Shown in pieces: positions 53,201-64,000 of a stretch of 64,000 nucleotides of DNA. A model generated the notes under the pieces. It made no database searches, was not told the origin of the DNA, and saw nothing but the letters and a program-made list of their open reading frames with translations. A program made the position numbers and the translations under genes. This DNA is from Epiperipatus broadwayi (taxonomy: Eukaryota > Animalia > Onychophora). The stretch spans positions 6,448,001 to 6,512,000 of the forward strand of contig JAQFVV010000005.1 of assembly GCA_028023455.1 (NCBI GenBank). The letters are read 5' to 3'. Each line of letters starts with the position of its first letter. Position 1 is the stretch's first letter.

Positions 53201-55899
53201 TATATTACTTTACGTAATGAGTACGCGCTTTACAAATTTAATTATCAAAAACTATCTGAATTGGCATATAAAAAAATGCAGTAGAGCATATTTTTAAGTA
53301 ATCATTTAAATAAGCACTAGATTCTATTATGGACACTCCCAATGTCTGTTGCATAAGATTCCATTTTAAATATGGAAAAAGTATTGTTAAGTTTAATATA
53401 AACTTATACTTTCATATTTGATATAATAATATACCAATGGAAAAATAAAAAAGTATATAGTACTCAATCCTTCTTTTAATATAAACTGGGAAGATTAAAT
53501 TTATCAGGCAAAAATTTCGAATTTATTAAAATATACTGCATAAGAGTTTACTATATATCTTATTTTTATAGTTCTAAATTTTGACTTCAGCAATTTTTTA
53601 ATATTATAGAGTGATATCAAATATTTAGTTCCAATTAATGTTCAGAAAGATCTTATGAAAATGAATAAAATTAAAAGGAAGGATTTTAAAACAACAAAAT
53701 AATAGAATAATTGGTCAGCTGGTGAATAATTGATTTTTAGGCAGTACCTATTAATATAAAAACTCTAAATGATCATTTGAAAAAAAATGGAATCTTGGAA
53801 TAGAATACACTTAAAATACATGTTGTATCTATCATGATAATATTAATAAGTATTTAGTTAAATTAAGATGAATATGCTAATACCTATAGAATTGTAAGGC
53901 TTAAATTGACATAATCATATTTGAACATTTCATCCACATGCTTTCCTTTTTTAATTTTTTACTACATTCATTTCTATGCATCATTCTTCCTCTACTTCAT
54001 CCAATCTTTGAATAGAAAATTATATTTTGTAACATTTTCATATATAAATAAAACAGTATGTAGTTTTTTCTGTAATTATGCTACAAATAATTCATATTTG
54101 TTTTTGTGATAACATTATAATAATTATTAGTATTCATGATAATTTTGATGATTAATAAATACAAATGTACTCTACTTATTTTTGTGATATCTGTGTTTGC
54201 TAGATAAAATTGAAAAGACATTAAAATGAAATCCTGTAAAATGAATATATTATGTATAATCAACACTTAGAAAGATTTAACTAATTTAATAAAATTATTG
54301 AACTTTAATTGAGAATGTGGGTTTATGAGACCACAAAGAGCTCAGTTTATAAGCAGGGCATACTCTCATTTAATATAGAATGTAAGCTAGATACCTTTGT
54401 CAAGGTAGTACAATTCTACAAATAAAATTTTAGTGTTGAACAAAATAAAAAAAAAACCTTATGCTAGTGCTTATAAAATACTAAAAAGTAGAATATTTTA
54501 TTGATGGGATAGAGAAAAATATCAATGAAAATTTTGATCTTTCTTTTTTTCAATAAATGCTACTACGTATCTTTAATCCTAAACTACAACCTATCAACCT
54601 GAGAACTTTTTGTAATTCTATTAGAATGCTATTCTCCAATAATTAACAAACACATTTCAGATTATGATGACCAACTTCATTCTTATCTATTTTCTCCTTC
54701 ATTGTTTATAAATATACATACATCCACTGACATAAAAATATTTTCATAGTAAGACTTTATTTTTCCAGTATTGTTTACTGTATAGTATTTATACTAGTGT
54801 TTATTATTATTTGTTCTATTTACTACATTTAGGTTTCACATTCCTTTATGCATGTTATAGTTTTATATATTGGTTGGACAAAATAAATTTACAAGACAAT
54901 TTTAAAGGCTATACTTTGACTTTTAACAATGTTCTCAGTATAAACTTGTGGAAATTAATATGTATCTGTTCTAAGAATTTGTTGAGGATAAATATTATTA
55001 TCATACAATAAAAAATTATATTTTCAAAAAAACATTTTATGATCGAGATTCATTTCAAATTTTTTGTTATCTCCAAATCTTTCTATTTTTTAAATCTATT
55101 CCTTAAATACTACCAACTACACTAATACTTAATCATCAATTTCTTCTCCAATCTTTTACATTCATCACTTTTGCAATATACATCTCATAATTTCCTTTTG
55201 CTCAAAATAAATCCCTGATGCAATTTTCCCATATTCTCATAATTTCCCTAATAAAGATGTTTCATTAACTCTTTTCAACAATGCTAATCTCATCTTTCTA
55301 ATATATCCCTTCCATTATTCTCTATATCCAAATTCTTTGAATCACCAAATTTTTCTCTTTTTAAAAGTAATTATTCACATTGATGCTCAATATTAAATCA
55401 TTTAAAAAACATTTAACAAACTACAAACTGGAATCTGAGTTTAGGTAATATTTCACTATCACAATTTTTATACTAAATTATTAATATTACATCATCAGTA
55501 TCATATACTTGTTTCATAACTTAATTTGAGATGATCTTCAAAATCCATATTACAATCTTACAGAATATCACCTTAATTATTTACATAGATGTTAATTACA
55601 ATATGATACAAGTTTAAACATAAATGAATAGTCATTGTACCTTAGAAAATTCATTCCACAATGAAGACAATAACACATTCCATTACATCATAGATAGAAT
55701 AATTATTTTAGAGATATCTAAGCTATGACAAGAATAAGTGATTTAACATTCTGTCAGATGGATTACTTTTATGCATCACTAATAAAAATTCTACCGATTT
55801 AATTCTTTTTTAGTAGAGGCTGAAAACTTCTGTTGGCTTAACACTAATCTAATACATTAACCAGCATTATCAGATTTTTAAAATTAAATTTTGATTTAT

Positions 55900-57050
55900 T
55901 TATTATGTAAATCAATACAAGAATCTCAAGAGTTTAACATTAAGTAAAATGATTAGCTTCATGATTTTCAATATAGTTTTGTGTGTTATTGAAAATATAT
56001 AATGACATATAAACACTTCAATAATTGCAGCAGTCTCTTGATATATATTATATTTATTTATTTTGATCAAAGTTGTATTTTATATGAGTACTTTTTATAA
56101 CTCATAAAGTCACTTTGTAAACACCTAAATTGCACTGAAAAGGATTTTGTTTTCATGTATTTTAAAGTAAGATACCTTCTCAAGCAACACTGCAATTACA
56201 AGAGTTGCAGTGGGTAAGTTTTACTTCCTAATAAATTCATTCATCTATTTTTAAATTTTTTTGATAGCAATCTTATAAACATACAAGAAGGAATAAAAAA
56301 ATAATTCTGCAGGAGTTTATTTTGTCAGCAATCTTCTTATAATCACACAAAATCTAATGAAAATATTTTTTATTTGTATGTAATTTTTTATGTAAGTTTA
56401 AGCAATATCTGATACCAATTTAGCAATCATATAAGGTTTACTGAGAAAGGTTTTTCATCTGTATGAAGATTTTTGTAAATTTTTGAAGAATATTTTATAA
56501 CAATTATATATGAACTGCAATTTTAAGATTTTTTTTCTCTCTATGTAAGCATTTATGTCTTTTTAAATTTTTTTGATCTATTCTGTAATCAGAGACAAGT
56601 ATAATAAAATAGGTATTAAATTATTTTTAACAGAAATCTTGTTACACATATATAGTTTTCATTTTTAACTACTTTCTTGATCTTTTAATATATCTGTAAT
56701 AGCAATGGCAAATACTTTATATTCTATATCTTCTTTCACATATTTTAAGGTTACTTTTTGAAGCAGTGTTATAATACAATGTTGGCATTGAAAAAAAAAA
56801 TCTTACATATATTTTCATGCCTTTTAAAACTAGTTCTAATTGCAAGCACTCTTATAATCACACAAAGTGCAGTGAAAAGGCTTTATTGATCATGAATTTA
56901 TTTATTTTTGTCCACAAATCTTGGAATCATATAAGTTGCACTGAAAAGATTTCCAAGTCTGTATTTTATCATGAAATTTTAAATTAGCATTAACAGCTAT
57001 TCTCTAATGACATAAATTGCAGTGGAAAAATTCAACTTTAGCATGTACTT
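55900..57050 (-). pseudogene. Heavily decayed C2H2 zinc-finger pseudogene (ZNF-C)
   Basis: Repeated minus-strand CCTTTT/TTTCA(C/G)TGCAA..T.TGTGATTATAAG finger starts (~57025, 56945, 56880, 56220, 56140) with many stops. It ends VFICHY...ENHEANHFT*C*TLEILV at ~56020-55905. Confidence 0.75.
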
Positions 57051-59537
57051 TAAAATTACTTCCAGAAAACAGAAGATATAAATTCATCAGCCAAGACAGA
57101 GGATATGAATTAAATGGTTAATTACACAATTTAAATCTTGTTTTTTTTTTTATTAATATGTTAAATATTATCTGTTTATACATACTATAACATAACATTA
57201 CATACATTTCATATTAATAAATTTAACAAGAGGATATTTTCTTATAAAAATAAAAAGTATAATTCCAGCTTCCTTATGATTAACTTTTGTAATTCTACTA
57301 CTATTTATTGAAAACATTATTATATATATAAATAGATCTTTACACGGTATGAGTCATATATACATATGCTTGAAAACCTATTTGTAAAAATTAAAATTAA
57401 ATAATACCACTTATATTCTTTTTATCTAAAACATACTTTTTATGTAGATTTTACAAATAAAAATAAATTTTAGAATTTCTTACATGTTATATATTTTGAA
57501 ATAATTGTTCTTTAAATATATCACATGATTTCATTTTACAATACACTACAATATTGATTTAATAGTTAATGTTATAACTTCCCGTTTTCTTCTAAATTTT
57601 GTAAATATTAAAATTGATTTTTTTTACATCAACCACATTGACTTCTCAAGGTTACATTTAATCTATGCTTGAAAACAAAAATTCATTTTCAGTTACCCTA
57701 TTCATGATATATTCATGCAAAAATATATAATTTACTGAACACTGCATGACAATACCAAAGATCCTTCAATTAGTATCTAGTAATTAATCTTGTTTGGATA
57801 GTGACTCGATGTCTGTAAAGTAAATTATGATCTGAAGGTCACTGAATAAAAAACTGCCTAGAAATTAATTTGGGACTATTATCTGATATTTATTGATTAT
57901 TCATTAATATGTACCATGACTAGTATCATGGATTATTTTCATAAAATATATTTTTATAACAACTACTGGATATATCATCCCACATTGCTATATGGATAAA
58001 TATAGTTGAACACACCTTGGGTCAAATATGATTTTCAATTATTGGTATTTTCAATTTAAAAAAAAATGGCTTTAGATTAAAAAGATCCATTTATAAATAA
58101 TAAAGAGTTTAAGATTAATAAATCATTTATATCACTACTAATGTAACAATTATCTTTTTGTACAGATACAAAATAATAGAGCAATCAATCCATATTTCAA
58201 CAATTTTCAATACACAACAGTCCTTTCATTACAAAATATAGTATCAACAAATCATTTTCTATATAACACTTATCATTTTGCTCCAAAAATAGTTCATTTG
58301 ATACAAAAAAAATCATCACTGCAATAAATGATAGAAAGATTATAACATCCACAATATATGAGTTATCAATACAACACTATTGATTGTCTCAGTTTTAATT
58401 ACAGCAATCTTTTTATATCATTTAATATGCAAAGTAAATATTTTAAAACAGTTTTTGAAAGTGTTTATAAAAAAAAGTAAGCCCGAAGAATAATAAAACC
58501 AATAAAAATTCATCAGGTGCTAATTAATTGGTTTTTAGATATCATTCATCATCAAGATGTTTTAAGTGAACATTATTTAATTCTGCAACTATTATTGAAA
58601 TATTAACATATCTATTCAATTCAATTAGTTAGTCTACTAAAATAATACTGATATTTATCTATAGAAAGAGTTTGTTGGGGGGGGGGAGATTAATACAATA
58701 AACAAATAAGTATAATGGATAAATTAATATTTTCAAAATAATATTCATTACATACTAAACTAAATTTCTTTCATTAATCTCTTACTCTTTAAGTACACCT
58801 ATCAACAATTTTCTTCTATCTCTCTTTCAGCAATCTCTTCTAACACACCCTTTCCTTTGATGCAAATGCTCAATCCAATTCCTCTTTTTTTTTCTCATAA
58901 TTTTGATAATGAATAATGTTTTTTCCTTTCATGTTTCTCCAACATTTATATTACTAATCTTACCCATCTGATTTATACTATTTATTTTCTTCTAAATCCA
59001 TATTCCCAAATCCTTTGATCTTTTGCTAATTATCAATATTTGTCCTAAATAAAAGAAGATACTAAACTAAATGCACAAAAGCTTCTTTTATAAATTTTAC
59101 TATCAATCAATGTCAAAATAACCTACTATTGTTATAAAGTCTATTTGACCATTACAATTCTTATTTTCAATCTTTATCATTCTTCTGCCATTTCATAGTT
59201 ATTAAAAATTTCAAATGTTCTATAATTATATGTTGTGGGTGTGGGTACATTACTTTATCAAAACTTCATTAGATTTTTAATAAAATATGGTAGACACTTA
59301 CATTGATACTTATTCTATAAATAAATGGGACAACATATTCTACCATATTACATTCTGATCAATTATTTAAAAATGTCTCAATCATGACAATTGACTGGAC
59401 ATTTATTATTCTCAAAGATAGATATTTAAAATATTCAATGGAATTCTAATAATTATTTTGTCATCAAATAAATTTGTGGATTGCTTTAGGACTAAATACT
59501 AAATATGACATTATCAAGATATAATTTGAATTATTTG

Positions 59538-61106
59538 TCATCTTAAATTTACAAGAAATTCAAGTGTGTCATAATCAGTGAAATGACTAGTTTCATGACT
59601 TTTCAAAACACAGCTATTTGCATTCTGGTAATCACATACATAACACTTAAAGACTCCAGTATTCTGACCATCATTAAGCATATCTTTTTGTTTATTTTGA
59701 TAAAACATTAAAAAAGAATATTCATGAATATTTTTTTGGTGATACCTCAGACCACTCTGAGAACCAGCTTTGTAATCGCACAAGCCCCATTGAAAAGGTT
59801 TTTCTGCAATATGCTTCTTTTCATGCATTTTTAAGGTATATTTTGCACAAGTTTCATAATTACATAAATAACAGTGATAAGGTTTTTTTATCATATGTGA
59901 TCTTTCATGTACTTTCATATATTTCTTGTGAATTGTTTTAAAATTACACATGTTGCAGTGAAATGGCTGTTGTCCTGAATGTGTTATTTCATGTCTTTTT
60001 AGATAACGTTTTGCAGCTGTTCTATAGTCACATAAGCTACAATGGAAAGGCTTGACTCCTGTATGTATACTTTCATGAGTTTTTAATGTATTTTTAGAAA
60101 TAGTTTTGTATTCACAAAAGCTGCAATGGAAAGGTTTTTCGTCTTTATGAATATAATCATGAATTTTTAAACTGTGTTTGTCAGCAGTCTTGTAATCGCA
60201 TAAGCTGCACTGAAATGGTTTTACTTCTATATGTTTTCTTTCATGCAATCTTAAATTACCTTTTCTGGCTGTCTTGTAATTGCACAGGTTGCAATGGAAC
60301 GGTTTATCTATAACATGTGTCATTGCATGGATTTTTAAACTATTTTTAACAGCAGTTTTATAATCACACAAATGACAATGAAATGGTTTTTCTCCTGTAT
60401 GTTTAAGAAAATGAACTTTTAATCTACGCTTAACTCCAGTCTTGTAATTACACAAATTGCAATGGAAAGGTTTATCGATACCATGTGTGATTGCATGTAT
60501 TTTTAAACTATTTTTAACAGCTGTTTTATAATCACATAAATGGCAATGAAATGGTTTTTCTCCTGTATGTATAAGTAAATGAACTTTTAATCTACTTTTA
60601 ACTGCAGCCTTATAAGAACATAAATGACACTGAAAAGGCTTTTCTCCAGTATGTGTTTTTTCATGTAATTTTAAACATTTAGTATCTGCTGTTCTATAAT
60701 CACATATGCTGCAGTGAAATGGCTTTTCTTGTGAATGCATTCTTTCATGCAATTTTAAATTATATTTCACAGCAGTTTTGTAATCACATAAGCTGCACTG
60801 AAAGGGTTTGTTTCCTGTATGTGAATTTTCATGAATTTTTAATTTTGTTTTATCAGTAGTCTCATAGTCACAGAAGTTGCAATGGAAAGGTTCTTCAACT
60901 GTATGAGTTCTTTCATGCACTTTTAAACAACCCTTTTCAGTAGTATTATAATTACAAAGGGTGCAATGGAAAGACTTGACTCTCAAATGTATTTTTCTAT
61001 GTGCTAATAAACTATATTTAACTGAAGTCTTGAAATCACACAAGTTGCAGTGAAAAGGCTTTTTCCCTTCTGTATGCTTGCTTACTTTTCCAAACTTTTG
61101 ATTCAT
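59538..61106 (-). CDS. Multi-finger C2H2 zinc-finger protein (ZNF-D): 15 intact tandem fingers, 1 degenerate (C>W) finger, 1 detached C-terminal finger
   Basis: 522-aa ORF of F-x-C-x2-C-x-Y-K-T...L-K-x-H-x3-H repeats; ends FKCYVCDYQNANSCVLKSHETSHFTDYDTLEFLVNLR. The true start is uncertain. Confidence 0.9.
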   Translation of the reverse strand: MNQKFGKVSKHTEGKKPFHCNLCDFKTSVKYSLLAHRKIHLRVKSFHCTLCNYNTTEKGCLKVHERTHTVEEPFHCNFCDYETTDKTKLKIHENSHTGNKPFQCSLCDYKTAVKYNLKLHERMHSQEKPFHCSICDYRTADTKCLKLHEKTHTGEKPFQCHLCSYKAAVKSRLKVHLLIHTGEKPFHCHLCDYKTAVKNSLKIHAITHGIDKPFHCNLCNYKTGVKRRLKVHFLKHTGEKPFHCHLCDYKTAVKNSLKIHAMTHVIDKPFHCNLCNYKTARKGNLRLHERKHIEVKPFQCSLCDYKTADKHSLKIHDYIHKDEKPFHCSFCEYKTISKNTLKTHESIHTGVKPFHCSLCDYRTAAKRYLKRHEITHSGQQPFHCNMCNFKTIHKKYMKVHERSHMIKKPYHCYLCNYETCAKYTLKMHEKKHIAEKPFQWGLCDYKAGSQSGLRYHQKNIHEYSFLMFYQNKQKDMLNDGQNTGVFKCYVCDYQNANSCVLKSHETSHFTDYDTLEFLVNLR

Positions 61107-61270
61107 CTTTAATTACTCAAAATACCCTTTTTTCTGTATACATACTTTGATATTTTAAAGGATTTTTATTCTGAAAGATTTATATTTACACAAACAGCAA
61201 TGAAATGGTTTTTCTCTTGAATATTTTCCTTTTTAGCAGCACTGTAATTATAAAAGTTGCATTTTCTATG
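61107..61270 (-). pseudogene. Decayed finger remnants upstream of the ZNF-D ATG
   Basis: The minus strand gives HRKCNFYNYSAAKKE and, after a frameshift, KPFHCCLCKYKSFRIKIL*, closed by stops before 61106. Confidence 0.65.
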
Positions 61271-62524
61271 AAATTTACAGTTTTAAAATTGTACAATTAA
61301 AATTCAAGTGAATTATCTTGAGTAAAACATTTTTATTCATATCAGAAGTATTACTAAGTTCATTTATGAATTATATTCTTTTCACAATAATTTTTATAAA
61401 GCAAGGCAGCATTATTTTTCTATTGTCTAATATCTTTTATCTTCACTAGGCGACTTCAAGCAGAAATCATTTTCTTGAAAAGTATGCATTGGTAAGCAAT
61501 ATTTCATCATCATTATCATTATTATCAATTTTATGTGTTTATTTATACTTTTGTAATAGAATTCTTTGCATGTAACATATTTTTTCTATACTTTTGTTAT
61601 TTCATTATCAAAAATGGTAACTAAAACATCTGTTTATTTTTTATATTGAATGTTAGAGAGCCATACTGTATTTATAAAAGTTGATATTTTATATAACTTA
61701 ATAGCTTTAATTAGAAAATTTCAGATTTTTTATTTTAAAAAATTAAAAATTTTGTTTCATGTCTAATGCAATGGTCTATCAAAATTTTAATAACTAAAAT
61801 ATTCAATGTAATTAATAAAATATTGACTTCACCATTTCTCTTACATAACTTCTCCTATTCAATAGTAAATCCAGTTCATATTAAATCCTATTTCAATACA
61901 TTGTACATATAATTTTTAAAATAATATTAATATTGTTCTATGTGTATGTTTATGTAGATTTTTTTTAAAAATCGCAAAAATATTATTAAATAAAATTAAT
62001 CAATTTTTAAAGAATATTTTAAATATAAAATAATTTATTATCTTCAATGGGACACTTTCTAATTTTTAATGCTTAACTAGAACAATATTTTAATGTTATT
62101 TTACAATATGTTAATGAAATTTCAATATCCAAAATTATTTCAGTCAGTGATCAAATGTAATTTTACTAATTGAATCAGTTACTTATGGCTATACCAATAC
62201 ATTATTTATTCCACATAATGGATACTATATAATTCATACTGATTATCTAATGAAGTCATACTAAATTGTGAAAAGTAATCTTAAAATCACCAGCTATTAA
62301 CCTATGATTATTATATTTCCCTCCATAACTTGTAATAAGACAGTGAAGATAAATCGATCCAACATGATCTACTTTTACTCTAGTACTTGTCAGAATCATA
62401 TACAGCTAATATTTTGTAGAAAAGAAGTTTTTAAATGTGCATTACTGCCAACCTAAAAAAACAAAAAATATATAAAAAATATTAAATCAGCATTTATTTT
62501 TTATAGCGTCTGTATACAATTGTA

Positions 62525-62684
62525 ATCACATTCATATCGGCTTTTTCAAACCAAATTGTGCAAACGCTTTTATTGCTGCATAAATTCTATATCTTGTATG
62601 GGTCAGAGGACATTCATTTGTTATTTAACACTTGCAAAAAGCGTTTGCACAATTTGGTTTGAAAAAGCCGTATATGAATGTGAT
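62525..62684. repeat. Inverted repeat: 47/48-bp arms (62525-62571 / 62637-62684), 65-bp spacer
   Basis: ATCACATTCATATCGGCTTTTTCAAACCAAATTGTGCAAACGCTTTT is mirrored with a single 1-nt indel; CpGs are retained. Confidence 0.95.
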
Positions 62685-64000
62685 AAAAAATATTACTAAA
62701 ATTTTATAAATAAAAGAGTTTTGAGTTGTTTTTTTTTTTTTTTTAAAAAAAGCAAAGTTTTTACTATCAATAACAGACGATTGAAAAGTAAATTGGTTTA
62801 ACATATGAAGAAATAAACATAAAATATTCAATTATGATTAGCAACTTCAGGAGTATTTCACACAAAATAATTATATATATATCAAAAACAAAACAAATCT
62901 TGGAAAACCTTTTTCCACATTATGTGACAACATGATTATTCAAAAGCATTCCATAAAGATGAAAACAATATAGAAAGATGAATGATCAAAAAATAAAAAT
63001 AAATATATCATCCAATATAGGCAGAAAAAATGAAAAGATAAAAAAAAATTATAACACATTATAGTGTCAATAATATTTTTTTATTCTGTGCCAACTATAC
63101 AGAATTATAATTTTTTTAAAATAAATATCACAGATGAAAAGGGAAGGAGGGTCTGTATATAGAAAATGAAAAGATAAAAATGATATTGTTGTTACCAAAA
63201 ATCCACAAAACAAAGTTCCATTATGCAAAATCAAAGTTTGCATAACTTCAAATTTATTTTTTAGAGTGTTGTGGTAAATTTTAAAGTATGCACTCACTGT
63301 AATTAATTTAGTTTTAAATATATCATGTAAAACTATAAATATTAAATGTATTAATTTAAAAAATAATTTATTATTACGGGCTAAACTAGAATTTTCACTG
63401 TATATTTCATAAAATATCAATTTTGAAATAATAGTTATTCAGTAATTATTATTTATTAAACAACTTAAATAATAATCTTTTAAAAACATAAAAAAATATC
63501 AAATATATTACTTAAAAATTGCACATACTGTCAATATGAAAATAGAATCTTAAAATATACCAAAGAATCTTTTAAATTTTTTTAAAAATTCTCCATTTAA
63601 TAACAACTTTCAATAAAATAATATTATTCAATATTAAATGAAATGAAAATGAGAAACATCAAATTTATTATTAAAAATCATTCATAAATACAAAATGTAT
63701 TATTACACAGTAAATAAAAATATTTATTCACACACTATCACCAATATTAAAAATTACTAAAAATTAAACTGTTTAAAAATAAGATTTAACTATTAATTAT
63801 TAAACAATTTAGTCATTAATAACCATAAAAAACTTTTTAAAAAATATTTGTAAATTTATTTTTGAAACCACAGAAAATTCATTTTCTAATGAAGGTGGAA
63901 ATTATAACAAGTGATGATTGAGTTAACAATTTAAAATATTAACATTGATATGCAAACAGAAAAGACTCTATATTATTTGTAATTAGAAATCAATGTTAAG

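Noticed and set aside
2996-63420. Remaining 60-117-aa ORFs in the track
   Set aside because: F/I/L/K/Y-rich translations typical of random AT-rich DNA, with no motifs or codon structure.

Overview
Very AT-rich, CpG-depleted eukaryotic DNA, probably from an arthropod (inferred from composition and transposon types; not confirmable here). The only recognisable host genes are four paralogous tandem C2H2 zinc-finger loci: two open ORFs (23974-24774 +, 59538-61106 -) and two pseudogenes (~47165-48100 -, ~55900-57050 -). All four end in the same module, a detached last finger followed by an H-F-T-x-x-D-T-L-[DE]-hydrophobic tail, and none shows an N-terminal effector domain. Between them lie a complete non-autonomous Ty3/gypsy-like LTR element (12100-18855, ATAA target duplication), nested pogo/Tigger-type DNA transposons, an L1/Tx1-like fossil, RTE and Jockey fragments and two tRNA-Gly-derived SINE-like copies. 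There is also an unusual set of long inverted repeats (10.8, 37.3, 38.1, 48.5, 53.1 and 62.5 kb). The largest has apparently perfect 238-bp arms covering a CpG-rich promoter-like segment that has a decayed paralog upstream of one ZNF pseudogene. All alignments were done by eye; no database searches were run.
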